A stretch of DNA of 64,000 nucleotides from Saprospiraceae bacterium (GTDB taxonomy: Bacteria > Bacteroidota > Bacteroidia > Chitinophagales > Saprospiraceae), in assembly GCA_016714025.1 (NCBI GenBank), contig JADJOB010000001.1, forward strand, positions 405,197 through 469,196. Reading direction: 5' to 3'. How positions within the stretch are numbered: the stretch's first letter is position 1; every line of letters begins with the position of its first letter. Of this stretch, positions 17,266 through 28,193 are shown piece by piece. The translations under genes were made by a program, and so were the position numbers. The notes beneath the pieces are model-generated. The model had not been told where the DNA came from, did not search any database, and saw nothing but the letters and a program-made list of their open reading frames with translations.

Positions 17266-17784
17266 TTGATCATGCAATTCCTGGAAACAGAACGCACTGT
17301 GCTGCGACCCTTTATTATTGAAGATGGCATTGCTCTTTTTAATTTAAATCAAGATCCGGAAGTACTAAAATATACCGGGGATGTTCCATTCCAATCGGTG
17401 GAGGAAGCAAACCATTTTATAATGCAATACATCAAAACCCAGGCGCCTGGATTGGGGCGATGGGCTGTAATCCATAAAACAACCGATCAATTTTTAGGAT
17501 GGTGTGGTATAAAATACAATCCGGATCTCAATGAATATGATCTAGGTTTTAGATTTTTTAAAATGTACTGGGGACAAGGATTTGCAACTGAAGTTTCAAG
17601 AGCAAGTTTGAATTATGGATTTCTACATTTGAAACTGGAAATCATTTTAGGAAGGGCCATGAAACAAAATGTAAACTCAATACATGTATTGCAAAAAATC
17701 GGCATGCACTATGCTAATTCATTTTTAATAAATGGTGAAGAATGGTTTGTTTATAAAGCAGCAAGAAAGACCATAACAAGCTGA
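17266..17784 (+). CDS. GNAT family N-acetyltransferase (RimJ/RimL-like)
   Basis: 172 aa. The 'LETERTVLRPF' N-terminus and 'YWGQGFATE' motif A region are typical of this family. Confidence 0.8.
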   Translation: MIMQFLETERTVLRPFIIEDGIALFNLNQDPEVLKYTGDVPFQSVEEANHFIMQYIKTQAPGLGRWAVIHKTTDQFLGWCGIKYNPDLNEYDLGFRFFKMYWGQGFATEVSRASLNYGFLHLKLEIILGRAMKQNVNSIHVLQKIGMHYANSFLINGEEWFVYKAARKTITS

Positions 17785-17907
17785 GAATTTTCTATGCATT
17801 CAAAGTGTACATCAATTAAATAATATCTCCTTTTTAAAAAACCTCAGGCAACATTTTTGTATCTTGTACAGTCTTGTTGAATAAGCCTTAGCCTCAAATC
17901 AAAATAA

Positions 17908-19947
17908 ATGAAACTGAATACGTACTACAAACACCTTACTTGCTTATGCTTCCTATTGGTTTTTATTACTGCATTTTCGCAAACTCCAATGATCAGTATA
18001 TCTACGAATACAAAATACCAGTTTATTGATGGATTTGGAGCCCATCAGGGCGATGCTTCCGTAAATCAAACCTGGTGGAATCAATTGTATTTCGATGATA
18101 TGGGCTGCAGCATTTATAGAGTGGATCTGACTCCCAGTTTAATTGCTCCCTATTCAGATCTCAGTTATTTCTCACCCTGGTTTATGGGTTCATCCGTAAA
18201 AAGCGTATTTAACTTTGAAGACCCTGCCAATCCGGATGGTCCTGAAGGAAATCGGGTGAGAACGTATACAAATCCTACAGATTACTCAAGAACTTTTGGA
18301 GGGCGAAATGCACCCATTGCCGTAATGGGTCCGGATTTAGAAAAAAACATCAGCTATTTTCGATATCAGACGGATGGAGCCATTACAAATGGAAAAGCCA
18401 AGATCCCGCAATTGGGTGACTTCAAATTGGTAGGATCTATCTGGTCGCCGCTCCCCTGGTTGAAAGTAAGTTCCGGAAATCGCTACAATCAAAACTGGTG
18501 GCCTGGACCGGTTGCCAATACTCCTTGGCCTTTTGTATGGGGCGGTAATTTTGCAGGAGGTCGTTTGGATGTTTCAGGGACACCCCTTGCAGTATTTAAT
18601 GATCTATCTCAGGGCGGAACCGGACCTACTTCTTCACTGACTCAATTTGCACGCAGTACGGCTGCATACATTGCCGGATATCAACGATTTCATAAGATGA
18701 ATTTTTATGCAATCAGCATTCAAAATGAATTAAATTTTGAAGAGTATTATTCCAGCATGACCTATCCCCTTTCATTGCAATACATAGCCGCACTTAAAGC
18801 TGTTCGAAATGAATTTGATAAATATCCTGAACTAAAATCCATCCGCATCATGGGGCCTGAGGATTTATTGGGCGGTGATTCCTATGGACTATGGGAATAC
18901 GGTGGCCCTACTCATAAAAATTTACAATACCTGCGATCCATCGGACAAGATCCCGATGCATTAAAAGCCATTGACTTTTTCTGCATTCACGGATATGCAA
19001 ATGATGGTGTAACAGCTGCGGGTGCCAATCCAAATTTATGGAATTGGTGGGTCAATGGATGGAATGCCAGTCCCGCACCAGGAATTCCTGCAAACATCAA
19101 AGGATTTTCTTCCTTCAATAAAAAATCCTGGATGACCGAAACGTCTGGAGAAAGTCCGGAATGGTTATTTCCGGCAAATGGATTTCCAGGAGACGGTGCT
19201 TTTGGAATTGGAATTCGCATTCATCAGGCTTTAACAACCGGCATGGAAAGTGCATGGATATATTGGACATTTACAACGGCTGACAACAATGGCAATGTTA
19301 CAAATTATGGATTAACCAATTCAAATGCTTCTACCAATTCGCCAAAATACAATGCAGCTAAACATTATTATAAATTCATTCGTCCGGGAGCTCAACGCAT
19401 TTCCTGCATTACAAATGGTTCAACAGATTTATTGGGCAGTGCTTATTTGCATGAAACCGACCATAGCTTGACCATCGTCCTCATCAATACACGAAATTCC
19501 GTTCAAACTGCTTTATTAAATTTACCTTATAGCGGATTGCAATTCGATCAATATACCTCCTATTTAAATAATTATTGGAAATCCAGCAACTTGAATGTAA
19601 GTGGTATGCAAACTAACATTTCCTTACCAGCATACAGCATCATTACCTTGAAAGCATCCATTCCTGTAACTGCAACCAACGAATCAACATCTAATAGTAA
19701 ATTCCAAATCATACCAAATCCTGCCAGTACACAGACATTTGTAAATTTTGAATTGAATGAATCCCAGGATGTTTCATTATCTATTTTTGATATTCACGGA
19801 ACAAAGATTCAATCTTTTATAAACGGAACCTTGGCTTCCGGTTTGCACAAAATACCGTTGACAGTTTCCAATTTGGTGAAAGGTGTTTATATAATTGAGC
19901 TCGTTCATGGGCATGATCAAATATCAAAAAAACTGATTGTTGAATAA
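17908..19947 (+). CDS. glycoside hydrolase family 30-like protein with T9SS C-terminal sorting domain
   Basis: 679 aa with a signal peptide. 'YAISIQNELNFE' is a candidate acid/base Glu region and 'SWMTETSG' a candidate nucleophile Glu region. The C-terminal 'FQIIPNPAS...VYIIELV...KKLIVE' is a Por/T9SS tail. Confidence 0.7.
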   Translation: MKLNTYYKHLTCLCFLLVFITAFSQTPMISISTNTKYQFIDGFGAHQGDASVNQTWWNQLYFDDMGCSIYRVDLTPSLIAPYSDLSYFSPWFMGSSVKSVFNFEDPANPDGPEGNRVRTYTNPTDYSRTFGGRNAPIAVMGPDLEKNISYFRYQTDGAITNGKAKIPQLGDFKLVGSIWSPLPWLKVSSGNRYNQNWWPGPVANTPWPFVWGGNFAGGRLDVSGTPLAVFNDLSQGGTGPTSSLTQFARSTAAYIAGYQRFHKMNFYAISIQNELNFEEYYSSMTYPLSLQYIAALKAVRNEFDKYPELKSIRIMGPEDLLGGDSYGLWEYGGPTHKNLQYLRSIGQDPDALKAIDFFCIHGYANDGVTAAGANPNLWNWWVNGWNASPAPGIPANIKGFSSFNKKSWMTETSGESPEWLFPANGFPGDGAFGIGIRIHQALTTGMESAWIYWTFTTADNNGNVTNYGLTNSNASTNSPKYNAAKHYYKFIRPGAQRISCITNGSTDLLGSAYLHETDHSLTIVLINTRNSVQTALLNLPYSGLQFDQYTSYLNNYWKSSNLNVSGMQTNISLPAYSIITLKASIPVTATNESTSNSKFQIIPNPASTQTFVNFELNESQDVSLSIFDIHGTKIQSFINGTLASGLHKIPLTVSNLVKGVYIIELVHGHDQISKKLIVE

Positions 19948-19963
19948 ATATAATTTATAACTC

Positions 19964-20013
19964 AACTTTAAAATCGCCTGGACTAAGCAGGTAGTCCAGG
20001 CGATCTTAAAGTT
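19964..20013. terminator. bidirectional intrinsic terminator hairpin between convergent genes
   Basis: There is a perfect 12-bp stem, atcgcctggact / agtccaggcgat (about 19973-19984 and 19993-20004), with an 8-nt loop. Flanking AT pairs extend the stem. Confidence 0.7.
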
Positions 20014-20024
20014 TCCAATATATT

Positions 20025-22616
20025 TTAATTGGAATTTATCTTGATAAGTTTAACTGTTTTAATTTTATCATTTGAAATCCAATGCAAAGAATAAATTCCA
20101 TTGCTTAAACCATTTAATTGAACAATGGCTGTATTGCTTCCAGAAACATAAGCATGCTGAAATTCTTGTAATAATGTCCCCTTAAAATCTGTTATCTGAA
20201 TGAGCCCTGTCCCAAATTTTGTCTCATTAAAACTTAGGTGAACCGATTCATTGCATGGATTGGGATAAACAGATAAGCTCAAGCCCATATCATCCGGCTG
20301 TTTAATACTTTGACATGGAACCGTTATTGTAAGTTTTTTAATTGGACCATTACCACATGCATTTTTTGCAATTACTGAAACATCACCTCCATTTGCACCA
20401 ATTAATACTTTGATGTTATTGGTATTGCTTCCTGAAATTATTACAGATCCGGTAGGAACCGTCCATTGGTATGATGTTGCACCGGTAACTGCCGCAATGT
20501 AATAGTTCTGTGTTGTACCTGCGCATGGCGAGGTATTTCCATAAATTGTTCCTGCAACTGAAGGAACGCCATATACAAGCAATTTTCTGGGGGCACTGGA
20601 ACCACAATTATTATTCGCGGAGACTTGTATGTACCCACTATAAAATTGTTGAAACTTTATACTCACAGCGGTATCTCCCGGACTTTGAAATGTGGTAATT
20701 TCTGCACCTGGAATGTCCGTAGTCCAGGTATAATTTAAAGCCGATTCAACAGTTCGTATTGAATAACTGGAAGTCGCATTGCAATTTGCATACACTTTTC
20801 CAACGATTGAACCAGGCACGGCTGGAACAGAGCTTATCGTTATTTTTCTTTTTGGACCTAAACCACAGGCATTATACATTAACACACTTAAACTTCCACC
20901 TATAAAATTGCCGTTGAAGTTTATACTAATTGAATTCGTTCCCTGTCCTTGGGTAATAGTTGATCCAGGTGGAGGAGTCCAATAATATTGCACATCATTT
21001 ACTTGGGTCACGGAATACGTTCCACTTGAATTTGCGCACACGGCAAATGTTTGTCCAACAATTGGATCCGGCATTCCAGGAATTGTTATAACTTTTACGG
21101 TAGTTGGATTGGATACAGCCTTACATCCATAAGAATTAGTTACCGTTACAATATAATTTCCAGCAGTTGCCACTTCAATGCTTTGTGTTTTGGCAGCTGT
21201 ATTCCAAAGATATGAACTGGCTTGATTTGCAGTTAACACCACTTTGCTTCCTTGACAAATTGTTGTTGGGCCATTTGCGGTAATAATGGCATTGGGCATT
21301 GGATTTACAGTGATTGCTAATTTTGCGATAGCTCCTTCTCCATAATCATTTACACCCCGTACGCTTATCATTCCGGAAACTGCATTTGATCCAAAATGAA
21401 CATTGATACTGTTCGTTGTACTAAAGCCTTGTGCTCCATCAGGCAAGGTCCATAGATAACTCGTTGCATTTTTAATAGCCGGTACGGTATAGACTACATT
21501 CGATTGTCCCTGGCAAACTGTAGTCAATCCAGAGATTAAACCTGGACAAGCTGGTAAATAATCTACCAATACCTGATACAATGATGCCGTGATTCCATCA
21601 GATGCCGAAGGAAAAGAGTTTGAAAGTCCACAAACTACCGCTTTCATGCAAGGATCATAAATCATACGTGTTTTATAACCCAGTGTTTGCCCTCCGTGTC
21701 CCCAACAGAGATTTCCAAAGAAAGTATATTTTGCAAAACCCAATCCGTAATTTCCAGGAGTGAGAAAATTAGTCAGCTCAGCTAAAGAACTTGGTGATAA
21801 GATATTTCCATCCAACAATGCATGATACCATTGTGCCATTTCATTTACAGTTGAAAATATAGCACCTGCAGGCCCGCCAGCGCTATTTAAAGACAATCTG
21901 GACGTATCGTGAAAATCAATTTCATTATACCATCGATGCGAAATCGTTCCAACCGGTGCTTCTTCAACATCAAAGAATGTGCTGTCTAATTGCAGTGGAG
22001 TCAATAAGCTATCTCTGATGAGCTTTGCGATTGATTGTCCGGTGGCACTTTTGACAATTAAACCTGCCAGGATGTAATTTGTATTTGAATAATAAAAATT
22101 CGTACCAGGAGTAAATCGCATGGGGCCTATCCATTTTAAAACTTCCTCTGGTTTCCAAATCCGGTCATGCTTTTTTAATATAGAATCCAAATGCGCCTGT
22201 GTAGAAAACATATCATCGATGCCACTTCGATGATTCAATAGTTGACGAATTGTGACATTTGGATTGATGTTATTATAATTTGGCAACCATTCATGGAGTG
22301 AATCCTCCAATGATAACACGTGTTGCTCCGCAAGCTTTAACAACATTACCGAAGTAAATAATTTAGAATTACTGGCCAGTCCAAACTCCATGTCCGCCGT
22401 AATTGGATGTCCACTGTACGACAGGCCGCTTGCTCCCGTCCATATCCCTTGACCAGGATAATAGACACTTGCAGCCATCCCTTTCGTGTTGGGATTTGAC
22501 GACACCAATGCATCCAATTTCTGTTGCAACTTAGAAGCCAAATTAGGATTAAAAGACTGCCCAATTGCATTTGCAAATGTGAAAAACACAATAACCAATT
22601 GAATTAATTTTTTCAT
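20025..22616 (-). CDS. secreted beta-lactamase-fold serine hydrolase with about five PKD-like/Ig-like repeats and T9SS C-terminal domain
   Basis: It has a signal peptide and the SxxK motif 'ASNSKLF'. The central part repeats a 'C.G....Y.V......Y.WT.P.G...' module. The C-terminal tail is 'LSVYPNPCNE...IYSLHWIS...VKLIKI'. The preferred start is MKKLIQ (22616); the tracked ORF starts at 22625. Confidence 0.75.
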   Translation of the reverse strand: MKKLIQLVIVFFTFANAIGQSFNPNLASKLQQKLDALVSSNPNTKGMAASVYYPGQGIWTGASGLSYSGHPITADMEFGLASNSKLFTSVMLLKLAEQHVLSLEDSLHEWLPNYNNINPNVTIRQLLNHRSGIDDMFSTQAHLDSILKKHDRIWKPEEVLKWIGPMRFTPGTNFYYSNTNYILAGLIVKSATGQSIAKLIRDSLLTPLQLDSTFFDVEEAPVGTISHRWYNEIDFHDTSRLSLNSAGGPAGAIFSTVNEMAQWYHALLDGNILSPSSLAELTNFLTPGNYGLGFAKYTFFGNLCWGHGGQTLGYKTRMIYDPCMKAVVCGLSNSFPSASDGITASLYQVLVDYLPACPGLISGLTTVCQGQSNVVYTVPAIKNATSYLWTLPDGAQGFSTTNSINVHFGSNAVSGMISVRGVNDYGEGAIAKLAITVNPMPNAIITANGPTTICQGSKVVLTANQASSYLWNTAAKTQSIEVATAGNYIVTVTNSYGCKAVSNPTTVKVITIPGMPDPIVGQTFAVCANSSGTYSVTQVNDVQYYWTPPPGSTITQGQGTNSISINFNGNFIGGSLSVLMYNACGLGPKRKITISSVPAVPGSIVGKVYANCNATSSYSIRTVESALNYTWTTDIPGAEITTFQSPGDTAVSIKFQQFYSGYIQVSANNNCGSSAPRKLLVYGVPSVAGTIYGNTSPCAGTTQNYYIAAVTGATSYQWTVPTGSVIISGSNTNNIKVLIGANGGDVSVIAKNACGNGPIKKLTITVPCQSIKQPDDMGLSLSVYPNPCNESVHLSFNETKFGTGLIQITDFKGTLLQEFQHAYVSGSNTAIVQLNGLSNGIYSLHWISNDKIKTVKLIKINSN

Positions 22617-22950
22617 AGTTAGCATTATAAGTAAATAATAATTTAATTTATTCTAATAAAACCTAGCAGTCATTGAAGTACCGTCAAAAGACCCTTTAAT
22701 GACTTTACAAACCAATTGCCCGGCACACAGGTCCTATGACAATCATTAAAATAAAATAACCCACTGAACTAAAAAGTCAGAAGTAAAAAGTATTGAATAA
22801 ATAAATAGGTAAGGTTAAAGCTTGATTGTAGATTAAATAAAAATCAACTTATTTAATCCTTCACAAATATGTATCAATTAGAAAACCTGTAAAGCGAGAA
22901 TTGACTTGTGGCAGAAACTAATATACAACTGGCATCCGGAAAAACACAAA

Positions 22951-23700
22951 TTATCTCCGAATGAAATTACTTAAAAAATCGTCTTTTCTTCGTTTGGCAA
23001 CTTCAATTTGTTCGCCATTACTCATAACCACCGAACCACCTTCACCCCGCAAATATTTTCTTACTTCTGCAATATTTACGATTGATGAATGATGCACTCT
23101 AAAAAAATTATTCTCCGATAATAATTCTTCATATTCACCCAGGTTTTTTGAAGTTACCAATTTCTCCCCTGAATTCAAATAAAAGATAGTATACTGGCGA
23201 TCTGATCGCAAATACATAATTTCATTGACCCGAACAATAGTCAATCCATCAATTGAAGGAAGTGCCAATTGATATACTTCAGATTTAGATTCATTCAAAT
23301 TTTGCTTTAATACGGCTATTTTTTTATTGGATTTACTGGTTGCTGTGGCATTCTTAATTTTACCAACTGCCAATTGCATTTCATCAATATCGATGGGTTT
23401 TAATAAATAATCCAGAGCACATGCCTTAATTGCTTTCAGCGCATACTGTTCAAAAGCAGTAGTAAAAATAATTTCAAACTGGATGTCAACAAACTTATTC
23501 AATAAATCAAATCCGGACTCTCGTTGCAACTCAATGTCCAAAAAAATAACATCAGGTTGATGTTGCATGATGCAATGGTAACCTTCCTCAACGCTTTGAG
23601 CCTCACCAACGACAAGGACTTCCGGACAATACTCAAACAACAAATTTTTAAGCAGCTTGATGCTTCTGGGTTCATTTTCTATAATAATTGCTTTGATCAT
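22951..23700 (-). CDS. LytTR-family two-component response regulator
   Basis: 249 aa. It has a receiver domain ('VIFLDIELQRESG') and a C-terminal LytTR DNA-binding domain ('FFRVHHSSIVNI'). Confidence 0.9.
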   Translation of the reverse strand: MIKAIIIENEPRSIKLLKNLLFEYCPEVLVVGEAQSVEEGYHCIMQHQPDVIFLDIELQRESGFDLLNKFVDIQFEIIFTTAFEQYALKAIKACALDYLLKPIDIDEMQLAVGKIKNATATSKSNKKIAVLKQNLNESKSEVYQLALPSIDGLTIVRVNEIMYLRSDRQYTIFYLNSGEKLVTSKNLGEYEELLSENNFFRVHHSSIVNIAEVRKYLRGEGGSVVMSNGEQIEVAKRRKDDFLSNFIRR

Positions 23701-23702
23701 AA

Positions 23703-26700
23703 TTATAAATCTAATGGAATCTCAATCGTTACGCAAGTTCCAATTATCGTACCTTGTGCATCTTTTATATCATTAATTTCAATGGATACTTTATGATTGC
23801 TCAATCTGGCCAACATGTCAACACGTTCGGTACTTAGCCGGACAGCCATCGACTCATGAACGAGCCCTTTCTGCTTTTGAATGATGGCAGCAGCTTCTCT
23901 TCCAATCCCGTTGTCAGTAATTGAACAGATCAGAAACTTCTCGTTTTTAATCAAACGAATTTCAACATATCCTGCTGCTTCTTTATGGAGCAATCCATGG
24001 ACCAAAGCATTTTCGACAAAAGGCTGAATAAGCATTGATGGAATTTCGATCGTATCGATAGTTAGTTTTGGGTCAATGTCAAAATGATAGGAGAATTTTG
24101 GAGAAAACCGAAGAGACTCTAACTCCAAATAATACTCCAAAATCTTTAATTCTTCTGCGATCGTATGGGTATTCTTATTTGCATTTTTTAAAATTAGCCT
24201 GATCAGTTTTGAAAATTTCGAAAGATATCTAAGTGCGAGTTCACTTTCTGATTCTGAAATGAGATGTTGAATCGCATTTAAGGAATTAAAAATAAAATGT
24301 GGGTTCATTTGTGCCCTTAGTGCTATTAATCGAGCTTCTGCAATTTGCCGCACGGTATCTGAATTCAACTGCTCTAACTTCTTTATTGAATTGATTCTTC
24401 TGGTGTAAATAAAGTATCCGATGCTGATTGCAAGTAAACCCAGCAATGATCTAAACCAATTTGTTTTCCAATAGGGAGCGGATATCGTTATGTGTAATTG
24501 ACGACCTTGCTTATTCCATATACCGTCATTGTTTGAGGCAGTTACATGCAATGTATATTTTCCAGGAGGTACATTGTTGATACTTACGAAGCGATAGGTA
24601 CCGGTATGCACCCAGTTTTCATGAAAACCCACCAATTGATAGGCATATTGATTTTTCTCCGGATGGTTGTAATTAAGGGAAGTCATTTCAAAAGAAAATG
24701 AATTCTGAGTATGGTTCAAGTTCAACTCAGTCATGCCATTTTGATTTACTATATCATACGCTTGATTTCCTATTTTAAAAGATTCAATTTGTACTTTAGG
24801 TATGTATTGATTGGATCGGATCTGCTCCGGATTAAAAATATTAAAACCATTTATCCCCCCAAAACACAGGGCTCCTGATTTTAATTTGATTCCTGCAAAT
24901 GTGTTAAACGCATTGCTTTGAAGTCCATCACTGCTGGTAAATCTCGTAAACGTATCCATGGTATAATCTGGAAGCATTTTGACCTGATACAATCCTTGAT
25001 GCGTACCTACCCAAAGGTTTGAATTGCTGGCTAAGACAATGGATCGAATGTCCCCTTTTAAAATGGGATCATTGGTTTCGATAGGGAGTATTTTTCCACT
25101 GGATCTAATCCAAATATAAATTCCTTTATCAGAAGCCATCCAAATATTTCCGATTGAATCTTCTGTAAATTGATGTACCATGCTTGCTTTAAAATCAGTA
25201 GTATGGAAACGCGAATACAGAATTCTAAATGAATCATTCACATTCAATATTCCGGCACGTGCAGTGGATAGCCACAGCGTTTTTCTGCTATCTTCAAAGA
25301 TTGTTATATAAAAAGAATGCCGCAACTTTTCAATGATTGGATTATTGTATCGATTCTCAAAAAATCCCTGTTTGGATTTTAGTCGACAAACAAGACTGTT
25401 GCTTGCAACCCAAACTTCGCCATTTTTACGTACTTCAACATCAAAAGCAATTCTTCCTGGTAAAGAATTCGGATTGCTTTTTGAATACAAATAACGATTC
25501 CAAATTTTAGACTTCGGATTGTACGAATTAAGTCCATTTTCTGTTGCAATCCAGATCGTTTCTGACGAATCCATATCAACCCCATAGATGTAATTATCTG
25601 AAAGCGAATTTCGATCATTCAAATCATGTTTGAAACAGCTAAACGCATTTGATTTAAAGTCGAAATACATCAAGCCGTTTTTAGTCCCAATCCATAAATT
25701 TGACTTTTTATCTTCACAAAAACTGGTGATATCATTTTCACACATGGAGAATTGTTTTCCAGGTTGTAAGACATACAGGTCAAACGGTTCGCCTGATAAA
25801 TTTACCCGATCAATACCCCTGCTTGAAGTACCAATCCAAATCATTCCTGCGTCATCCTCAAATATTGAAGTCGTTTTATCATCTGACAAACTAGTTATGT
25901 TGAATGGATCGTGTGTATAATGTTGCCATTCTTTTAAATTATTATTATAAAACAAAACTCCATTGAACGTAGTGGCGACCCAGGTATTTCCATTCGAATC
26001 ACAAAATAGATCACTGATCCGTTTTGAAGCATTTTGCATCGCAATCGTTGGAAAGTGGATGCGTTCATAGTTCTTTCGAACGGTGTCAAATAAATAGATT
26101 CCCTTTGAATAATAATTGATCCAAATGCTTCCTTTTTTATCGAGACTTAAAAACGTACTGTGATTTTCAATTTCAGAAGTCCTGTTTATGGGATCCAACA
26201 GATATTCATCAAAGGTTTTTGTCGCAATTGAAAAACGATATAATCCAGATAAGGTGGTCATCCATAAAGACCCATTTTGGTCGGCCACCATGTCGATGAT
26301 GCGATTCTTAGCATGAATTTCAGATGCAGTCCCAATAGTATCATGAACATAATTTATAAAATCATGTGATTGCTCATTGTATTTCAATAATCCTTTTCTG
26401 GTGCCTACCCAAATCGTATGGTACTCGTCTTCAACTATTACAAATACATCGTTGTGAGGTAAACTGTTGACATTTCCTTTTTCATGTCGAAACATTTTAC
26501 AGTCTTTTGAAATCGGATCAAATAAAATCAAACCAACAGAGCCATACCACATTCTCCCTTTGCTATCTTTAAAGACACAAGCAATTCGCAAATTGCTGCC
26601 TTCGGATGTATCTTTTTGACAAGCTTGTACTAAACGGGAGCTATACCCATTGAATTTTGACAAACCATAATCTCCACCAATCCAAATAAAACCCTCATCA

Positions 26701-26867
26701 TCTTGTGTTGCACAATTTATAGAATTATCGGTGAGTCCATTTTCAATATTTAAGTGTTGGAAGCTGAGTCGATGTTGTTGACCCATCAGATTAAAGGAGC
26801 CCAGCAAACCCATTATTACACACACCCATAAACTGACAAAGGGGTTTACTTTAGCATAAGTTGACAT
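23703..26867 (-). CDS. sensor histidine kinase with periplasmic beta-propeller/Y_Y_Y-type domain (LytS/YehU class)
   Basis: 1054 aa. A long repeat region has recurring 'W.GT..GL' blades, followed by a TM segment. It then carries the His_kinase motif 'NPHFIFNSLNAI' and an HATPase region. It lies immediately upstream of the LytTR regulator. Confidence 0.85.
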   Translation of the reverse strand: MSTYAKVNPFVSLWVCVIMGLLGSFNLMGQQHRLSFQHLNIENGLTDNSINCATQDDEGFIWIGGDYGLSKFNGYSSRLVQACQKDTSEGSNLRIACVFKDSKGRMWYGSVGLILFDPISKDCKMFRHEKGNVNSLPHNDVFVIVEDEYHTIWVGTRKGLLKYNEQSHDFINYVHDTIGTASEIHAKNRIIDMVADQNGSLWMTTLSGLYRFSIATKTFDEYLLDPINRTSEIENHSTFLSLDKKGSIWINYYSKGIYLFDTVRKNYERIHFPTIAMQNASKRISDLFCDSNGNTWVATTFNGVLFYNNNLKEWQHYTHDPFNITSLSDDKTTSIFEDDAGMIWIGTSSRGIDRVNLSGEPFDLYVLQPGKQFSMCENDITSFCEDKKSNLWIGTKNGLMYFDFKSNAFSCFKHDLNDRNSLSDNYIYGVDMDSSETIWIATENGLNSYNPKSKIWNRYLYSKSNPNSLPGRIAFDVEVRKNGEVWVASNSLVCRLKSKQGFFENRYNNPIIEKLRHSFYITIFEDSRKTLWLSTARAGILNVNDSFRILYSRFHTTDFKASMVHQFTEDSIGNIWMASDKGIYIWIRSSGKILPIETNDPILKGDIRSIVLASNSNLWVGTHQGLYQVKMLPDYTMDTFTRFTSSDGLQSNAFNTFAGIKLKSGALCFGGINGFNIFNPEQIRSNQYIPKVQIESFKIGNQAYDIVNQNGMTELNLNHTQNSFSFEMTSLNYNHPEKNQYAYQLVGFHENWVHTGTYRFVSINNVPPGKYTLHVTASNNDGIWNKQGRQLHITISAPYWKTNWFRSLLGLLAISIGYFIYTRRINSIKKLEQLNSDTVRQIAEARLIALRAQMNPHFIFNSLNAIQHLISESESELALRYLSKFSKLIRLILKNANKNTHTIAEELKILEYYLELESLRFSPKFSYHFDIDPKLTIDTIEIPSMLIQPFVENALVHGLLHKEAAGYVEIRLIKNEKFLICSITDNGIGREAAAIIQKQKGLVHESMAVRLSTERVDMLARLSNHKVSIEINDIKDAQGTIIGTCVTIEIPLDL

Positions 26868-27061
26868 TCCTTGTAAAATTACTAAAATAATGAGTCAATA
26901 AAAATCCATTTACTTTAAAGAATTGACCCAATGCGATTTTCAATTGACCGGTGGACAATTAAATTCAGAAATCGTATTACAATGAATGTCCGGCTTGACA
27001 AATGAATGGCTGAGATTCAGATTCAGCCCATTTATACCTACACATGTTTTGTAAATTTAAT

Positions 27062-27092
27062 AAAAAAAAAAACTTAAAGCATGGTGCTTTAA
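27062..27092 (-). terminator. intrinsic terminator of the MlaD-like gene
   Basis: The hairpin ttaaagca-tgg-tgctttaa overlaps the stop codon. On the minus strand it is followed by a run of about 10 T. Coordinates are approximate. Confidence 0.7.
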
Positions 27093-28117
27093 CGTTTCTC
27101 TGCCGGATCGTTTTCAGGTAAGCTGTATTCTTTTGCTTTTTTTCCAAATACTGAAACGTGGATATAACGCTTTGGATTGAGACGTAAATCCTGCATCAAC
27201 AGACTTAAGTTATGCGAGGTGCTATTTAGATTTTGGTATAAAGCAGGATCTTTGATTAATTTAGTAAGACTGCCATTGCCTGATTGTACTTCAGTTAAAA
27301 TAGAATTTAAAGTGGCGATGCTCGCTTTACTATCACGAAGCGTCTTATTGAGCTCTTGCATGGTCTCTTCTGTTGATTTTACCAATTTGCCAGGATCCGA
27401 TTGGTTGATATTGGAAGAAATTTTTTCAATATTCTGTAAAGTCTTGGAAACAGAATTTGCATTATTTGCTAAACTCGTGGTCAATACATCCAGATTTGAA
27501 AGTGTTTTATCCAAATGTACCGTGGAGGCATTTAGCAATTGATTTAAACTTTTAGTAGCCTTTGCAAGATTGTCTAATATGAAATGTATATTTTTTACGG
27601 TGGCAGCAACCTGAACATTTTGATTTACATTGCTTGTATCCAAAATATGATTTAATTCTTCACCAAATGTTTGCGTATAATCCTTTAATTCATCTTTACT
27701 AAACATACTGGAGAGCGTGCCGGCGATTTCAGCATTTGCAATTATGGAATTATTCGCCAAACAATCATCGGTACAATACTCTTCAAATTGAAGCACGATT
27801 GCTTTTCCTCCAATTAATCCCTGACTTACTAAAATTGCCTTAACCGATTTTGGAATGTTTATTTCATTTTTAACTTCAATGGTAACCAGGATCATTTTAG
27901 GATTGTCTGGATCCAATTGCAACTTAGTAACCGTCCCCACTTTATATCCTCTGGTTAATACCGGTGAGGAAGGGTCCATTTGTCCAACATCCGGATATTT
28001 GATGTAATAGGTTTTGGAACGATCCAGCAAATTGCTGCCTTTTAAATATTTATAACCAAAAATCAACAAGGCTAGGGTAACAATACCTAATATTCCGACT
28101 TTAACTTCGTTGCGCAA
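27089..28117 (-). CDS. MlaD/MCE family protein
   Basis: 342 aa. It has an N-terminal TM segment 'VKVGILGIVTLALLIFGY', an MCE-like domain and a helical C-terminal region. The start codon is TTG. Confidence 0.75.
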   Translation of the reverse strand: MRNEVKVGILGIVTLALLIFGYKYLKGSNLLDRSKTYYIKYPDVGQMDPSSPVLTRGYKVGTVTKLQLDPDNPKMILVTIEVKNEINIPKSVKAILVSQGLIGGKAIVLQFEEYCTDDCLANNSIIANAEIAGTLSSMFSKDELKDYTQTFGEELNHILDTSNVNQNVQVAATVKNIHFILDNLAKATKSLNQLLNASTVHLDKTLSNLDVLTTSLANNANSVSKTLQNIEKISSNINQSDPGKLVKSTEETMQELNKTLRDSKASIATLNSILTEVQSGNGSLTKLIKDPALYQNLNSTSHNLSLLMQDLRLNPKRYIHVSVFGKKAKEYSLPENDPAEKR

Positions 28118-28193
28118 GGCTCTGAATTTATTTTTTTAAAAAGAGGTGCTAATTTACGTATTTTATATCAGGCGACCCCGAGGCATTATCAGA

